Below are positions 1 to 12,991 of a stretch of 64,000 nucleotides of DNA, in pieces. The position numbers and the translations under genes were made by a program. Location of the stretch: assembly GCA_963665775.2 (NCBI GenBank), contig CAXXTF010000002.1, forward strand, positions 1,216,001-1,280,000. Reading direction: 5' to 3'. Numbering within the stretch: position 1 is the first letter of the stretch; every line of letters begins with the position of its first letter. Source of the stretch: Dehalococcoidia bacterium (GTDB lineage Bacteria > Chloroflexota > Dehalococcoidia > SM23-28-2 > RBG-16-64-32). The notes beneath the pieces were generated by a model. That model saw only the letters and a program-made list of their open reading frames with translations. It ran no database searches and was not told the origin of the DNA.

Positions 1-87
1 GTACGAGATGCCTCCCAGGCCTAAACGCCGCCTCTACCGTCCCCGCGCTCAGGGGGTCGAGCCCATCACCCTACTGGACTAGCTCCC

Positions 88-594
88 ATGCGCGTCCGCG
101 ATTTCATGTCCCTGGTGCTGGATCGAGCCACCGCACTCCTGCCCGAAGAGCTCCGCGGCTTCACCGCCCGCAGCCGCTTCGTCTGGCTACAGATCCACTA
201 CCATAGCCCCAAGGTTCACTATGAAGTCTGGCTCACCCGTAAGACCGGACGCATCGAGATCGGTCTCCACTTCGAAGGGCCGCGGGAGTTCTCTTACCGC
301 TGGGCAGAGCGCCTGGCCCCCTATATGCCGGAGATTCAGGGCCGCCTGGGCCCCCAGGTCGAACTCGAAGAGTGGACATCCTCCTGGAGCCGCGTTCACC
401 AGACCCTACCCTACGACCCCCTCAGCGAGCCCCTGGCGGAAGAGGTCGCCATCCGCCTGGCTGAGACTATCGCCGTCCTCCAGCCGATGGTCGAACGGGA
501 GCGCGCCAACGTTCCGGCCGAGCTGGAGGCGTTGGCCCCCGCGAAGCGCACGGGTGGTCGCCGCTTTCACCGCCGCAGCGGGAAGCGGCGCTAA
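88..594 (+). CDS. Hypothetical protein
   Basis: 168-aa ORF with globular-looking composition (VHYEVW..IEIGLHFEG) and a basic tail; converges on the ROK gene. Confidence 0.7.
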   Translation: MRVRDFMSLVLDRATALLPEELRGFTARSRFVWLQIHYHSPKVHYEVWLTRKTGRIEIGLHFEGPREFSYRWAERLAPYMPEIQGRLGPQVELEEWTSSWSRVHQTLPYDPLSEPLAEEVAIRLAETIAVLQPMVERERANVPAELEALAPAKRTGGRRFHRRSGKRR

Positions 595-1580
595 CGCCCG
601 TCGTCCTCCTCCGCGGCTGCCTCCCGCAGGACGGCCACCATACCCAGCGGGCCCGCCCGGTCCCCCAATACGGCCAGGTCGAGCCGTACATCCGCTAGCG
701 GCTGGCTCATCGCCAGGCCCCGCATCGTCGTCCGGGCCTGCTCCACGAACAGACCGCCGGAGCGTGCCACGCCCCCACCGATCAGTATTACCTCCGGGTT
801 GAAGATGTTGACGAGGCTAGCCAAAGCGATCCCCAGATGATGGCCCGCCTGGCGATACGCTTCGCGGCTGGCGACATCACCCATTTCCACCGCGCGCGCC
901 ATCATCTCCGCCGTCACCGCCCCATCTTGCTCACGCAGCTCCGCCAGCACCTGCGACTCCCCCTGCGCCACCAGCTCCTCGCCCCGTCTGGCGATGGCCG
1001 TCCCCGAAACGAGGCACTCCAGATGGCCGCGAGCGCCACAGCCGCAGGGGGGGCCGTTGGGATCGACCGTGATGTGGCCCAGCTCGCCGGCGGCGCCACT
1101 GGCACCCCGATACAGCTTACCGTCAATGATGATGCCGCCACCCACGCCGGTGCTAACCGTCAGGTACAGCATGTGCTGGGTGTCGCGCCCGCCGCCAAAC
1201 GAATGCTCCCCTAGAGCGGCCGCCGTGGCGTCGTTCTCCAGGCGAACCTCCAGCCCCAGCCGGCGGCTCATGATCTCTCGCAGCGGCACCTCGTGCCAGC
1301 CGGGCAGCTGCGGTGCGCTGGGCACTACTCCCCGCCTGACGTCTACCGCCCCCGGTGAGGCGACACCTACGGCCTTCAGCTCCCTCACACCGGCCCCCGC
1401 CTGCCCCAAGGCCGCCTCCAGCACGCCCACCATAAGGTCTATCACCACCTCCACCCCTTCTTCCGTGTGAGAGAGGCGAATCTCCTCCCCGTACACGCGT
1501 CCCTCCGCGTCTGCCACCAGGGCGCGCACCTTGGTTCCGCCCAGATCCAGAGCGCCGTAGAGGACGGGCCGATCTGTCAT
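591..1580 (-). CDS. ROK-family sugar kinase (glucokinase-like)
   Basis: DLGGTK phosphate loop, LENDA, STGVGGG, GELGH and CxCGxxGHLE zinc motif. Confidence 0.92.
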   Translation of the reverse strand: MTDRPVLYGALDLGGTKVRALVADAEGRVYGEEIRLSHTEEGVEVVIDLMVGVLEAALGQAGAGVRELKAVGVASPGAVDVRRGVVPSAPQLPGWHEVPLREIMSRRLGLEVRLENDATAAALGEHSFGGGRDTQHMLYLTVSTGVGGGIIIDGKLYRGASGAAGELGHITVDPNGPPCGCGARGHLECLVSGTAIARRGEELVAQGESQVLAELREQDGAVTAEMMARAVEMGDVASREAYRQAGHHLGIALASLVNIFNPEVILIGGGVARSGGLFVEQARTTMRGLAMSQPLADVRLDLAVLGDRAGPLGMVAVLREAAAEEDDGR

Positions 1581-1684
1581 AGCGTTATGTCACCTTCGCC
1601 GGCAACGGCTGGCGTACCCCTGAAACAAAACAGTGGGCCGCCCCGGAACAGCCCGAGACGGCCCGCATTCTCTAGCAAGGGAGG

Positions 1685-2125
1685 TCAGCTCCGTTGCCAA
1701 ATGGCGTGATGATTCTCGCCCAGTATGGCGTCGCGGACCGCCTCCCTCTCCAGGCGCTCTAGCTCCGCCAGCACCTTATCCACCGCCTCTGCCACGTCCG
1801 GCCGGTCCCCAGCGATCAGCCGCTGACGAATATTATCCGCTATACCAGATTCTGCCAGGAATGCCAGCGGGTGGGGCCACACGAAGAAGGTGAACCGCTC
1901 CGGTACTCCCAAGCTCGGGCGTTGCTTGCCCAGCCAAAAGAAGCGCTCTTCCACCGTGCCCACCGGTTCTACCACCTCCACCATAGGCCCAACCTCGTTG
2001 GCGGCTCGCGTATCCACGATGAGCCGCTGCGGGAACAGCCGGAACCCGATGGCGAACACATCGCACTCTTCCACGACTCTACGCAGCTCGTCGAGGTCGA
2101 CCATCGCACCATTCTCGGTAAACAC
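1685..2125 (-). CDS. Hypothetical protein
   Basis: 146-aa ORF with normal codon style, co-oriented with groEL and ROK. Confidence 0.7.
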   Translation of the reverse strand: MFTENGAMVDLDELRRVVEECDVFAIGFRLFPQRLIVDTRAANEVGPMVEVVEPVGTVEERFFWLGKQRPSLGVPERFTFFVWPHPLAFLAESGIADNIRQRLIAGDRPDVAEAVDKVLAELERLEREAVRDAILGENHHAIWQRS

Positions 2126-2243
2126 TGCCCCCCACCCTTCTACCCAGCCCCCGATCGGAGGAAACCGGCAACCTGACTAAGTGCCGTTCTTATCTGGGGT
2201 TTCCCAGCTCTCTGGCTTGCCGGACACTGGATGGGAACGGGTC

Positions 2244-3878
<1,635 letters not shown>

Positions 3879-3908
3879 TTACTCCGAAATGAGCTGACTT
3901 CCACCAGT

Positions 3909-3935
3909 TTAGCACTCAAAGGGGCGGAGTGCTAA
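3909..3935. promoter_or_regulatory. CIRCE operator (HrcA)
   Basis: Exact TTAGCACTC-N9-GAGTGCTAA about 45 nt upstream of groEL. Confidence 0.97.
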
Positions 3936-4014
3936 ACATATTTTTAGCCTATCCTGGGCCACAGCGCAAGACCGCAGGCTGAATTCTAGCCGAGGAGTGA
4001 CGCCCTAATATAAC

Positions 4015-4039
4015 GGCGGGCCTCATTGAGAGGCCCGCC
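4015..4039 (-). terminator. Hairpin, probable terminator of the repeat-protein gene
   Basis: GGCGGGCCT-cattgag-AGGCCCGCC inverted repeat just past the stop at 4065. Confidence 0.55.
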
Positions 4040-4064
4040 TAATGTCGTTACGCGGCAGCGGTTA

Positions 4065-5168
4065 CTAGTTCTGGCCGCCCTTGAACGGCTCCTTCAGAAC
4101 CACCTTCACGCCGGCGATCGTGCCGGTCAGGGCGTTACGCACCGTCGTGGCAGCCGTACTGCTCACCTTCCCGGCACCCTCGAGAGCAGCGGTGGCGGCT
4201 TGAGAGGCGGCATCTTCAGCGCTCAGACCTATGTCCTTCGCCCCGCTGATGGCACCCTGAACCGCTCCCTTGGCGGTTCCGCCTACATCGCCGCCTACCT
4301 TGGCGACGGCCTCAACGGCGGCGCTGGCGGTGGTGCTCATGGCGTCTATAGCGCCAACCCCCACGTCCTTCGCCCCGCTGATGGCGCCCTCAACGGCTCC
4401 CTTGGCGGCCCCGGCTACATCGCCGCTTACCTTGGCGACGCTCTCAACGGCGGCGCTGGCAGTGATGCTCGCGGCGTCCAGCGCCCCAACCCCCACATCC
4501 TTCGCCCCACCGATGGCACCCTCAACGGCTCCCTTGGCGGCCCCGCCTACATCGCCGCCTACCTTGGCGACGCCCTCAACGGCGGCACTGGCGGTGGTGC
4601 TCATGGCGTCTATAGCGCTAACCCCCACATCCTTCGCCCCGCTGATGGCACCCTCAACCGCCCCCTTGGCGGTTCCGGCCACATCACCGCCTACCTTGGC
4701 GACGCCCTCAACGGCAGCGCTGGCGGTGGTGCTCATGGCGTCTATAGCGCCAACCCCCACGTCCTTGGCCCCACTGAGGGCGCCCTCAACCGCTCCCTTG
4801 GCGGCCCCGCCTACATCGCCGCCTACCTTGGCGACGCTCTCAACGGCGGTACTGGCGGTAGTGCTCATGGCCTCCAATCCCTCTACACCCACCTCCTTGG
4901 AGCCCCGCAGAACGCCCACCATGGCCCCCTTGGCAGCCTTGCCGACATCTCCTCCCACATCGACCGCGCCCTCAATGGCTCCGCGCACCGTGTCGGAGAT
5001 AGCGGAGGTAAGAGCGCCGCCAACGGCCCCCGTCTTCTTTATCGTGTTGACCAGGCTGCCGCTGACCGTGTCGACCACGGCGTCGGTGATCTCCCCCACC
5101 CCGCGAATGGCGCCGATGATACCACTCTTTACCGAACCAATGAGTCCATCGTCCTTCTCCTGTGCCAT
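4065..5168 (-). CDS. Gly/Ala/Val-rich 44-aa tandem-repeat protein
   Basis: ATG with GGGAG RBS and a sigma70-like promoter; six 44-aa units. Confidence 0.85.
   Translation of the reverse strand: MAQEKDDGLIGSVKSGIIGAIRGVGEITDAVVDTVSGSLVNTIKKTGAVGGALTSAISDTVRGAIEGAVDVGGDVGKAAKGAMVGVLRGSKEVGVEGLEAMSTTASTAVESVAKVGGDVGGAAKGAVEGALSGAKDVGVGAIDAMSTTASAAVEGVAKVGGDVAGTAKGAVEGAISGAKDVGVSAIDAMSTTASAAVEGVAKVGGDVGGAAKGAVEGAIGGAKDVGVGALDAASITASAAVESVAKVSGDVAGAAKGAVEGAISGAKDVGVGAIDAMSTTASAAVEAVAKVGGDVGGTAKGAVQGAISGAKDIGLSAEDAASQAATAALEGAGKVSSTAATTVRNALTGTIAGVKVVLKEPFKGGQN
4170..4961 (-). repeat. 132-bp intragenic tandem repeat, 5 conserved plus 1 divergent unit
   Basis: TGGCGACG recurs at 4301 and 4433 (period 132); unit KVGGDVGGAAKGAVEGAISGAKDVGVGAIDAMSTTASAAVEGVA. 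Confidence 0.93.
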
Positions 5169-5200
5169 TATTTACTCCCTACCTTTCTGAATTATGGCCT

Positions 5201-5246
5201 AGCTTAACGAAATACCCGCAACCTGTCAAAGGCAACTACCCGCAAC
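5201..5246 (-). promoter_or_regulatory. Sigma70-type promoter with flanking direct repeat
   Basis: Minus strand TTGACA (5224-5229)-17 nt-TAAGCT (5201-5206); TACCCGCAAC at 5213 and 5237. Confidence 0.6.
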
Positions 5247-5550
5247 GAACGCGCCGCAGTCACCACCATGCGGAGCGAACGAGCACAGTGCGTTGGCAGG
5301 GATTATGGCCAATGATACACTATCTCTACTATTAGTCATAACTATGGAGGGCAGGCGAGTATACCGCCGGGCCCTTTCTATATATAGACTCAGTTGGACT
5401 ATCCCCATTATACTTGTTACATACCCCACGGTGAGGCACAAATGGAACGTTCAAACGTTTGCAAGTATGACCAATCGTTCCTCCCTTCCGTGAGGAATAC
5501 CGCAATCTCTAACTGCTGACTGCGGCACGTTGAAGTAGGGGAGGCACAAC

Positions 5551-8500
5551 ATGGGCCAACCGGGTATGCCATCCGTGCAAGGCTTATACAACCCCCGCTA
5601 TGAGCACGATAGCTGTGGCGTAGGGTTTATAGCTCACCTCAAGGGCCAAAAGTCGCATCAACTGGTGCGTGACGGGATTACGGCCCTGGACCGCCTGGGT
5701 CACCGCGGCGCCACCGGCTCCGAGGCGAATACCGGGGATGGCGCCGGCGTCCTCATACAGCTGCCCCACGAATTCTTAATACACCAGTGCGGAGCCCTGG
5801 GCATCCGCCTGCCGGAGCCCGGCCACTACGGTGTCGGCCTCCTCTTCGCCTCTCGAAACGAGAGCGCCCGCACCCAGGCGATGGCCCTCCTCACTGGTAT
5901 CGTCGAGGAAGAAGGGCAACAGCTGCTGGGCTGGCGAGAGGTGCCGACCAATAACGCTTCCCTGGGCCCGATGTCCAGGGCGGGCGAACCGGCGATGTAC
6001 CACTTCTTCATCGGGCGCGGGCAGACGATCGCCGATGACAGCGCCTTTGAGCGCAAGCTCTACATCATCCGGAGGCAGTTCGAGAAGGCGATACACCGCT
6101 CCGGCATCCCGGACGCGGTCTCCTTCTACATACCGAGCCTCTCCTGTCGCACGCTCGTCTATAAGGGGATGCTCATGGCCACCCAGGTATCGGGGTACTT
6201 CCCGGACCTCTCAGACCCCCGCCTGATCAGCGCCCTCATCATGATCCACTCGCGCTTCAGCACCAACACCTTCCCCAGCTGGCGCCTGGCCCACCCCTAC
6301 CGGATGATCTCCCACAACGGCGAGATCAACACCCTGCGCGGCAACGTCAACTGGATGAGGGCCCGCGAGGCCCTCCTCGAATCACGCCTCTTCGAGGAAG
6401 TCCAGCGAGTCCCTCCCGTTATCGACGAGACCGGCAGCGACACCGCCTGCTTCGACAACGCCCTGGAGTTGCTCGTCCTGGCCGGGCGTTCCCTTCCTCA
6501 CGCCATGATGATGCTCATCCCGGAAGCCTGGGACGGGCACGAGTCCATGAGCGCCGAGAAGAAGGCCTTCTACGAGTATCACAGCTGCCTGATGGAGCCT
6601 TGGGACGGCCCGGCCTCCATCGTCTTCACGGACGGCCGGACCATAGGCGCCACCCTAGACCGGAACGGCCTCCGGCCGTCTCGCTACTACGTGACCAAGG
6701 ACGACCTGGTCGTCATGGCCTCAGAGGTCGGCGTCCTGCCCATTGAGCCGGAGCGAGTGCTATACAAGGGTCGGCTGCAGCCCGGCAAGACGTTCCTCAT
6801 CAACCTGGAGGAAGGCCGTATCGTCGACGACGCCGAGCTCAAGGCGAAGATCGCCACCGATCAGCCCTACGGCGAATGGCTGGCGCGCAACCTGAAGCCT
6901 TTCGAACAGCTCCCTGACGCGGAGCCTGCCCCCCGCATCCAAGGGGAGCAGCTCCTGGAACAACAGATCGCCTTCGGCTATTCGGTGGAGGATCTGAAAT
7001 ACATCCTGGAACCGATGGCCAAGAACGGAGAGGAAGCAGTCGGCTCCATGGGTGCAGATACCCCTCTCGCCGTTCTCTCCGACCGGTCGCGCCCGCTCTA
7101 CGATTACTTCAAGCAGCTGTTCGCGCAGGTCACCAACCCGCCCCTGGACGCCATCCGCGAGGAGCTTGTCACCTCCGTGAGAACGCTTGTAGGGCCCGAG
7201 GGCAACCTCCTGGACCCGGGGCCGGAGAGCTGCCGCCTCCTCAGCCTCAAGACGCCTTTCATCGACAACCGCGAACTGGCCAGGCTGAAGGCGCTGAAAG
7301 ATAGCGACCTGCGGCCCGCCGTGCTGCCCATGTTGCTCCCGGCCGATGGGGGCCCCGCCGGCCTCGAACCCGCCCTCCAGGAGCTCTTCCGCAAGGCGGA
7401 CGAGGCGATCAGAGACGGCACCAACATCCTCATCCTCTCCGACCGCGGTGCCGACGCCGAGAATGCACCGATCCCCTCCCTGATCGCCGTTGCCGGCCTC
7501 CACAACCACCTGGTGCGCGAGCAGAAGCGCACACGCGTGGGCCTCGTCGTCGAGAGCGGCGACGCCCGCGAGGCGCACCACTTCGCGCTGCTCATCGGCT
7601 ACGGTGCCAGCGCCATCAACCCCTACCTAGCCATCGAAACCCTCACCCAGATGTGCGACGAGGGGCTCGTCAGCGACGAGCTGAGCGGCGACGAGGCGAT
7701 CGCCCATTACCTGAAGGCGATCAAGAAGGGGGTCGTCAAGATCATGTCCAAGATGGGCATCTCCACGATCCAGAGCTATCGTGGTGCCCAGATCTTCGAG
7801 GCGATCGGCCTCTCCCAGCCGCTAATCGACCGCTACTTTACCTACACCGCGTCGCGCATCGGCGGTATCGGCGTGGAAGAGATCGCGATCGAGACCCTGT
7901 CCCATCACGATCGCGCCTATCCGCAACGGGACGGCCAGCCACACGGGCTAGCCTGGGGCGGCCAGTACCAGTGGCGCCAGGATGGCGAGTTTCACCAGTT
8001 CAATCCGGAGACGGTCTTCCTCCTTCAGCAGGCCACCCGCACCGGCCAATTCGACATCTTCCGCCAATACTCTAGCCTGGTAAACGACCAGAGCCAACGG
8101 CTAGCCATGCTGCGTGGACTGTTCGAATTCAAGACGGACCGCCCGCCGGTGCCCATCGCGGAGGTGGAGCCGGTTGAGAACATCTTCAAGCGCTTCGTTA
8201 CGGGCGCCATGTCGTTCGGCTCCATCGCCGCGGAGGCGCACGAAACGCTGGCCATCGCCATGAACCGCATCGGTGGCAAGAGCAACACCGGCGAAGGCGG
8301 GGAGGACCGACGGCGCTACACCCCCGATCCTAACGGCGATTCGCGTCGCAGCGCCACCAAACAGGTGGCATCCGGCCGCTTCGGCGTCACCAGCGAGTAT
8401 CTGGTCAACGCCGACGAGCTGCAGATCAAGATGGCCCAGGGCGCCAAGCCGGGCGAAGGCGGCCAGCTTCCCAGCTATAAGGTCTACCCCTGGATCGCCG

Positions 8501-10116
8501 AAGTCCGGCATTCCACCCCTTTCGTGGGGCTGATCAGCCCGCCGCCTCACCACGACATCTACTCCATCGAGGACTTGGCGCAGCTTATCCACGATCTGAA
8601 GAACTCCAACCCCGACGCCCGCATCAACGTGAAGCTCGTCGCTGAAGTGGGCGTCGGCACCGTCGCCGCCGGCGTGGCCAAGGCCAAATCAGACGCCGTG
8701 CTGATCAGCGGCCACGACGGCGGCACGGGCGCCAGCCCCCTCACCTCCATCAAACACGCCGGCATCCCCTGGGAGCTAGGGCTAGCGGAGACGCAGCAAA
8801 CGCTGGTCCTGAACCATCTCCGCGACCGCATCATCGTTCAGGTGGACGGCCAGATGAAGACTGGCCGGGACATGATTATCGGTGCCCTCTTGGGCGCTGA
8901 GGAGTTCGGCTTCGCCACTGCCCCCATCGTCGTGATGGGCTGCCTCATGATGCGCGTCTGCCACCTGGACACCTGCCCTGTCGGCATCGCCACCCAGAAC
9001 CCGGAGCTGCGGAAGAAGTTCACGGGACGTCCGGAGCACGTAGTCAACTTCTTCCGCTTCGTCGCTGAAGAGGCGCGAGAGCTCATGGCCGAGCTCGGCT
9101 TCCGCAAGTTCGATGAGATCATCGGCCGCAGTGACCTGCTGGACATGCGCCGGGCCGTCGACCATTGGAAGGCGCAGGGGCTTGACCTCTCGGCCATTCT
9201 CTACCGCCCCGATGTCGGACCCGAAGTGGCGCAGCGCCGTGTGACCAGCCAGGACCACGGGCTGGAGAGGGCGCTGGACCAGGAGCTGCTGAAGCTCGCG
9301 GCGCCGGCCCTGGAGGCGGGCGAGCCGGTGACCATCGAGATGCCCATCCGCAACGTTAACCGCACCGTCGGCACTATCCTGGGAAGCGAGCTCAGCCGCC
9401 GCCACGGTTTCAAAGGCCTCCCCGACGACACCATCGCGATCAAGTTCGCTGGCTCCGCCGGGCAGAGTTTCGGCGCCTTCGTCCCGTCAGGCATAACCCT
9501 GCGGCTCGAAGGTGACGCCAACGACTACATCGCCAAGGGACTCTCGGGCGGCAAGATAATAGTCTACCCGCCCAAGGCGTCCACCTTCGTACCGGAGGAG
9601 AACATCCTCATCGGTAACGTGGCGCTGTACGGGGCCACCAGCGGCAGCCTGTTCGCCCGCGGCGTCGCCGGGGAGCGATTCGCGGTGCGGAACAGCGGTG
9701 CCGTCGCCGTCGTAGAGGGCACAGGCGACCACTGCTGCGAGTACATGACCGGCGGTCGGGTGCTGGTCCTCGGCCAGACCGGCCGCAATTTCGGCGCCGG
9801 CATGAGCGGAGGCATCGCCTACGCCTATGACGAAACGGGCGATTTCGCCACCCACTGCAACATGGGGATGGTCTACCTCGAGCCTCTCGATGACCCCGAG
9901 GAGCTCGACCTCGTCCGGGGGCTGATGGAACGGCATCTGGAGTACACCGGGAGCACCGTCGCCGCCAATCTCCTCAGTCAGTGGCCCAAGATCGCCGAGA
10001 GGTTCGTGAAGGTCATGCCGCGCGATTACCGGCGCGCCCTGGAGGAGCAGGCCCGCGAGCAGGCGGCCCAGGCTGCGGCCGGCGACGGCGATAAGGTAGG
10101 CGCCGCCCGTGGGTAA
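5551..10116 (+). CDS. gltB: Glutamate synthase large subunit
   Basis: EHDSCGVGF (N-terminal Cys), [28 protein letters not shown], 3Fe-4S motif [12 protein letters not shown]. Confidence 0.98.
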   Translation: MGQPGMPSVQGLYNPRYEHDSCGVGFIAHLKGQKSHQLVRDGITALDRLGHRGATGSEANTGDGAGVLIQLPHEFLIHQCGALGIRLPEPGHYGVGLLFASRNESARTQAMALLTGIVEEEGQQLLGWREVPTNNASLGPMSRAGEPAMYHFFIGRGQTIADDSAFERKLYIIRRQFEKAIHRSGIPDAVSFYIPSLSCRTLVYKGMLMATQVSGYFPDLSDPRLISALIMIHSRFSTNTFPSWRLAHPYRMISHNGEINTLRGNVNWMRAREALLESRLFEEVQRVPPVIDETGSDTACFDNALELLVLAGRSLPHAMMMLIPEAWDGHESMSAEKKAFYEYHSCLMEPWDGPASIVFTDGRTIGATLDRNGLRPSRYYVTKDDLVVMASEVGVLPIEPERVLYKGRLQPGKTFLINLEEGRIVDDAELKAKIATDQPYGEWLARNLKPFEQLPDAEPAPRIQGEQLLEQQIAFGYSVEDLKYILEPMAKNGEEAVGSMGADTPLAVLSDRSRPLYDYFKQLFAQVTNPPLDAIREELVTSVRTLVGPEGNLLDPGPESCRLLSLKTPFIDNRELARLKALKDSDLRPAVLPMLLPADGGPAGLEPALQELFRKADEAIRDGTNILILSDRGADAENAPIPSLIAVAGLHNHLVREQKRTRVGLVVESGDAREAHHFALLIGYGASAINPYLAIETLTQMCDEGLVSDELSGDEAIAHYLKAIKKGVVKIMSKMGISTIQSYRGAQIFEAIGLSQPLIDRYFTYTASRIGGIGVEEIAIETLSHHDRAYPQRDGQPHGLAWGGQYQWRQDGEFHQFNPETVFLLQQATRTGQFDIFRQYSSLVNDQSQRLAMLRGLFEFKTDRPPVPIAEVEPVENIFKRFVTGAMSFGSIAAEAHETLAIAMNRIGGKSNTGEGGEDRRRYTPDPNGDSRRSATKQVASGRFGVTSEYLVNADELQIKMAQGAKPGEGGQLPSYKVYPWIAEVRHSTPFVGLISPPPHHDIYSIEDLAQLIHDLKNSNPDARINVKLVAEVGVGTVAAGVAKAKSDAVLISGHDGGTGASPLTSIKHAGIPWELGLAETQQTLVLNHLRDRIIVQVDGQMKTGRDMIIGALLGAEEFGFATAPIVVMGCLMMRVCHLDTCPVGIATQNPELRKKFTGRPEHVVNFFRFVAEEARELMAELGFRKFDEIIGRSDLLDMRRAVDHWKAQGLDLSAILYRPDVGPEVAQRRVTSQDHGLERALDQELLKLAAPALEAGEPVTIEMPIRNVNRTVGTILGSELSRRHGFKGLPDDTIAIKFAGSAGQSFGAFVPSGITLRLEGDANDYIAKGLSGGKIIVYPPKASTFVPEENILIGNVALYGATSGSLFARGVAGERFAVRNSGAVAVVEGTGDHCCEYMTGGRVLVLGQTGRNFGAGMSGGIAYAYDETGDFATHCNMGMVYLEPLDDPEELDLVRGLMERHLEYTGSTVAANLLSQWPKIAERFVKVMPRDYRRALEEQAREQAAQAAAGDGDKVGAARG

Positions 10117-11527
10117 GCCCACCGGCTTCATGGATTTCCAGCGTCAGACGCCTACGCGCCGTCCCGTGGAGGAGCGCATTCACGACTGGCTGGAGGTCTA
10201 CCAGGAGTTTCCAGCCGAGCAGATGAAGACGCAGGCCGGCCGCTGCATGGACTGCGGCATCCCCTTCTGTCACCAGGGATGCCCCCTGGGCAATATCATC
10301 CCGGACTGGAACGATCTCGTCTACCGTGGCCAATGGCGCGAGGCGATCGACCGGCTGCACGCCACGAACAACTTTCCGGACTTCACGGGCAGGCTCTGCC
10401 CCGCCCCGTGTGAGGCGGCCTGCGTGCTGGGTGTCAACGACGATCCGGTCACCATCAAGCAGGTGGAGCTCAACATCATCGAGCACGCCTACGAGCAGGG
10501 TTGGGTCAAGGCCCAGCCCGCGGAGACCCCTACCGGAAAGAGCGTGGCCGTCGTCGGCTCGGGCCCGGCCGGCCTGGCCTGCGCCCAGCAGCTGGCTCGC
10601 GCCGGTCACGCGGTCACCGTCTTCGAGCGGGACGACCGAATCGGCGGGCTTCTCCGCTACGGTATCCCCGAATTCAAGATGGAGAAGCGGTTCCTGGCCC
10701 TCCGCCTCGACCAGATGGAGGCGGAGGGCGTGACCTTCCGGCCCAGCGTCAACGTCGGCCTGGACATCGACGCCCGCGAACTGCAAGGCCAGTTCGACGC
10801 CATCTGCCTCAGCGGCGGCGCCACCATGGCCCGGGAGCTCGACGTGCCGGGCCGCGACCTCAAGGGCACCTATCTGGCCATGGAGTACCTGCCGCTGCAG
10901 AACCGGCGCAACGCCGGCGACGAGATTCCCGACGAAGGCTTCATCACAGCCAAGGGGAAACGCGTCATCATCCTCGGCGGCGGCGATACCGGCGCTGACT
11001 GCCTCGGCACCGCCCATCGCCAGGGCGCCAAGGACGTGCTGCAGTACGAGCTCCTGCCCAGGCCCCCCGAACAGCGTCCGCCCGACAACCCCTGGCCCAC
11101 CTGGCCCAACATCTACCGCACGTCAGCCGCCCACGAAGAGGGTGGGGTCCAGGACTACTCCATCCTGACCAAGCGCCTCTCCGGCCCGAACGACGTCCTC
11201 AAGAAGCTGCACGCCGTACGGGTCGAGTTCGTGCAAGACGACGGCCGAATGGCCATGCGGGAGATGCCTGGCACGGAGTTCGAGGAGGATGTCGACCTTC
11301 TGCTTCTGGCCATGGGGTTCCTGGGACCGGAGAAGGATGGGCTGATCGAGCAGCTAGGCGTGGCGTTGACCGAGCGCGGCAACGTGAAGGCTGACGAGAG
11401 CAAGATGACCAGCGTCCCCGGCGTCTTCACGGCGGGCGATATGACCCGCGGTCAGTCCCTCATCGTCTGGGCCATCGCCGAAGGCCGCGACGCCGCCAGC
11501 GGCATCGACCGGTACCTCATGGGCTGA
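10109..11527 (+). CDS. gltD: Glutamate synthase small subunit
   Basis: [29 protein letters not shown]; overlaps the gltB stop. Confidence 0.97.
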   Translation: MGKPTGFMDFQRQTPTRRPVEERIHDWLEVYQEFPAEQMKTQAGRCMDCGIPFCHQGCPLGNIIPDWNDLVYRGQWREAIDRLHATNNFPDFTGRLCPAPCEAACVLGVNDDPVTIKQVELNIIEHAYEQGWVKAQPAETPTGKSVAVVGSGPAGLACAQQLARAGHAVTVFERDDRIGGLLRYGIPEFKMEKRFLALRLDQMEAEGVTFRPSVNVGLDIDARELQGQFDAICLSGGATMARELDVPGRDLKGTYLAMEYLPLQNRRNAGDEIPDEGFITAKGKRVIILGGGDTGADCLGTAHRQGAKDVLQYELLPRPPEQRPPDNPWPTWPNIYRTSAAHEEGGVQDYSILTKRLSGPNDVLKKLHAVRVEFVQDDGRMAMREMPGTEFEEDVDLLLLAMGFLGPEKDGLIEQLGVALTERGNVKADESKMTSVPGVFTAGDMTRGQSLIVWAIAEGRDAASGIDRYLMG

Positions 11528-11572
11528 CCGACGCTGCCGGTGAGCCGAATGCCAGCCAGCCGGCGGTCTCTC

Positions 11573-12133
11573 TTACTTGTCGTTTAATCCGTGCGAAGTG
11601 TCGAGAACGCCTTCTAGAGCCAAGCTGGGGTCAGCGATGTATAAGCTGAACTGCTCCACAGTGGCACCATCGGCGCCTTGCTGAGGACAGCCATCCTGCA
11701 CGACTGTGATTAGCGGCGCCACATCGCCCCGTAGGGATTCATCCACTCGGACAGAAAATGAGGCATAGCAGAAGAACTGGGGAAAACCGTCAAGCGAGCC
11801 CGCTCTTCCGGAAAAACTTACGCTTTTGACATTCCCCCTCACCACAGCCAGTGATTGATCCAGCAGAGCGGTGAGGCTTTGGCTAACTGGGTAACCAAGA
11901 CCACTGTAGGTGCTCCGTGGAAGGGAAGCCACATCTTGACCACTAGCTATGAACTCCTTTAGGAACTGTTCGTGAGCGATCTCGGGCGCAGGGTCCAACA
12001 AACTCTCTAGGTGAGCCTCCGCCACCTCCTCATCCGAGGGCGGCGGAGGTGGCGCTTCCTGGCTCCGTAGTTGGGTAGCCATTCCAATGCCGACAAGGGC
12101 GGCTAGTACGAGAACGATTGCTACTCTATACAC
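11573..12133 (-). CDS. Secreted or membrane-anchored hypothetical protein
   Basis: Signal-like N-terminus, GGAGG RBS, lower GC; directly downstream of the metalloprotease gene. Confidence 0.65.
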   Translation of the reverse strand: MYRVAIVLVLAALVGIGMATQLRSQEAPPPPPSDEEVAEAHLESLLDPAPEIAHEQFLKEFIASGQDVASLPRSTYSGLGYPVSQSLTALLDQSLAVVRGNVKSVSFSGRAGSLDGFPQFFCYASFSVRVDESLRGDVAPLITVVQDGCPQQGADGATVEQFSLYIADPSLALEGVLDTSHGLNDK

Positions 12134-12152
12134 AGTTCACCTCCCTCCAATC

Positions 12153-12968
12153 TTACCAATCCCAATGATAGATGCATCTTATTCCGTCAGCCAGGGAAGG
12201 GCCATTAGGACATAGAGGAAATTCGCCTATCTCTTCAGAGGTGGGCAGCATACTGCCATCTGGGCTGCAATTAGTCCAGGAATTGTCCATGAGCATACCG
12301 CCCGAACCATGGTCGTCAAGTCCGAGAACATGCCCCAACTCATGATTGTAGACGTATCGAAACTCGCTCTCTGTTAGTCCGCAAATCGTATCGAAGGCGT
12401 CACCGACATATATGTCTGAATGGACAACCAGACAGGCCTCTACTCCGCAGGTTTTGGGATTATGGCCGCTACTGGGGTAGTTCTCGGTAACTGCCGCGTA
12501 TACCCCCGCGTGTAGCGCTTCATCTGCTTGCGGAACCCTAGAGTGCCAAGCCGGATCCTCGTAGACGTATAAGTAGTCCCTTGGGCACTGCAAACCGCAC
12601 CAAGACCGGATGAAGTAATGAGGCCCTGGTTGGATCGTCCAGTCAAACTTAGCCGATGTGAGTGCAGGCGCAGCCCTGGCCTTGATCTGGCTTGGGTTGT
12701 CCCAGTAAGCATAGGTGGAAATGACAAAGAGGTTATGCTTATCTGGATCGTTCTGATCGCCTTTCCGCATCTCATATGCTTCGTGACACATCAGCGGATA
12801 ACCGGACCCCCAGCAGTCACCAGATTCAAAAGCGTCCCCAGCTTGCGCCTGCTCGCTCCTTCCAACCAGCGAAACGAGCACCACCACCAAAGCCGCCACT
12901 ACAAGCCAATACGTGTGGTTAGTAATGTGTGGCACTCGTAACCTCCATCTCGACGTCGCTTGTCGCAT
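12153..12968 (-). CDS. Secreted metzincin-type Zn metalloprotease
   Basis: Signal peptide ending AQA, HELGHVLGLDDH (HExxHxxGxxxH-like) followed by a Met-turn-like MLM; Cys-rich. Confidence 0.8.
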   Translation of the reverse strand: MRQATSRWRLRVPHITNHTYWLVVAALVVVLVSLVGRSEQAQAGDAFESGDCWGSGYPLMCHEAYEMRKGDQNDPDKHNLFVISTYAYWDNPSQIKARAAPALTSAKFDWTIQPGPHYFIRSWCGLQCPRDYLYVYEDPAWHSRVPQADEALHAGVYAAVTENYPSSGHNPKTCGVEACLVVHSDIYVGDAFDTICGLTESEFRYVYNHELGHVLGLDDHGSGGMLMDNSWTNCSPDGSMLPTSEEIGEFPLCPNGPSLADGIRCIYHWDW

Positions 12969-12991
12969 GTGTTGGAGTCATCACCGGCAAC

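Noticed and set aside
4170-4961. CRISPR-like array
   Set aside because: Units are contiguous, in-frame and coding, with no unique spacers or cas genes
4026-5207. Two long plus-strand ORFs (393 and 306 aa) over the repeat gene
   Set aside because: Antisense shadows of a repetitive GC-rich gene; the minus-strand ORF has the RBS and promoter
5400-5470. Nitrogen-regulator box upstream of gltB
   Set aside because: Only short palindromes (GAACGTTC, AAACGTTT); no clear GlnR, TnrA or NtcA consensus
5584-11430. Many alternative-frame and antisense ORFs within gltBD (also within carB, pyrC and nrdJ)
   Set aside because: Expected from high GC3; no recognisable motifs
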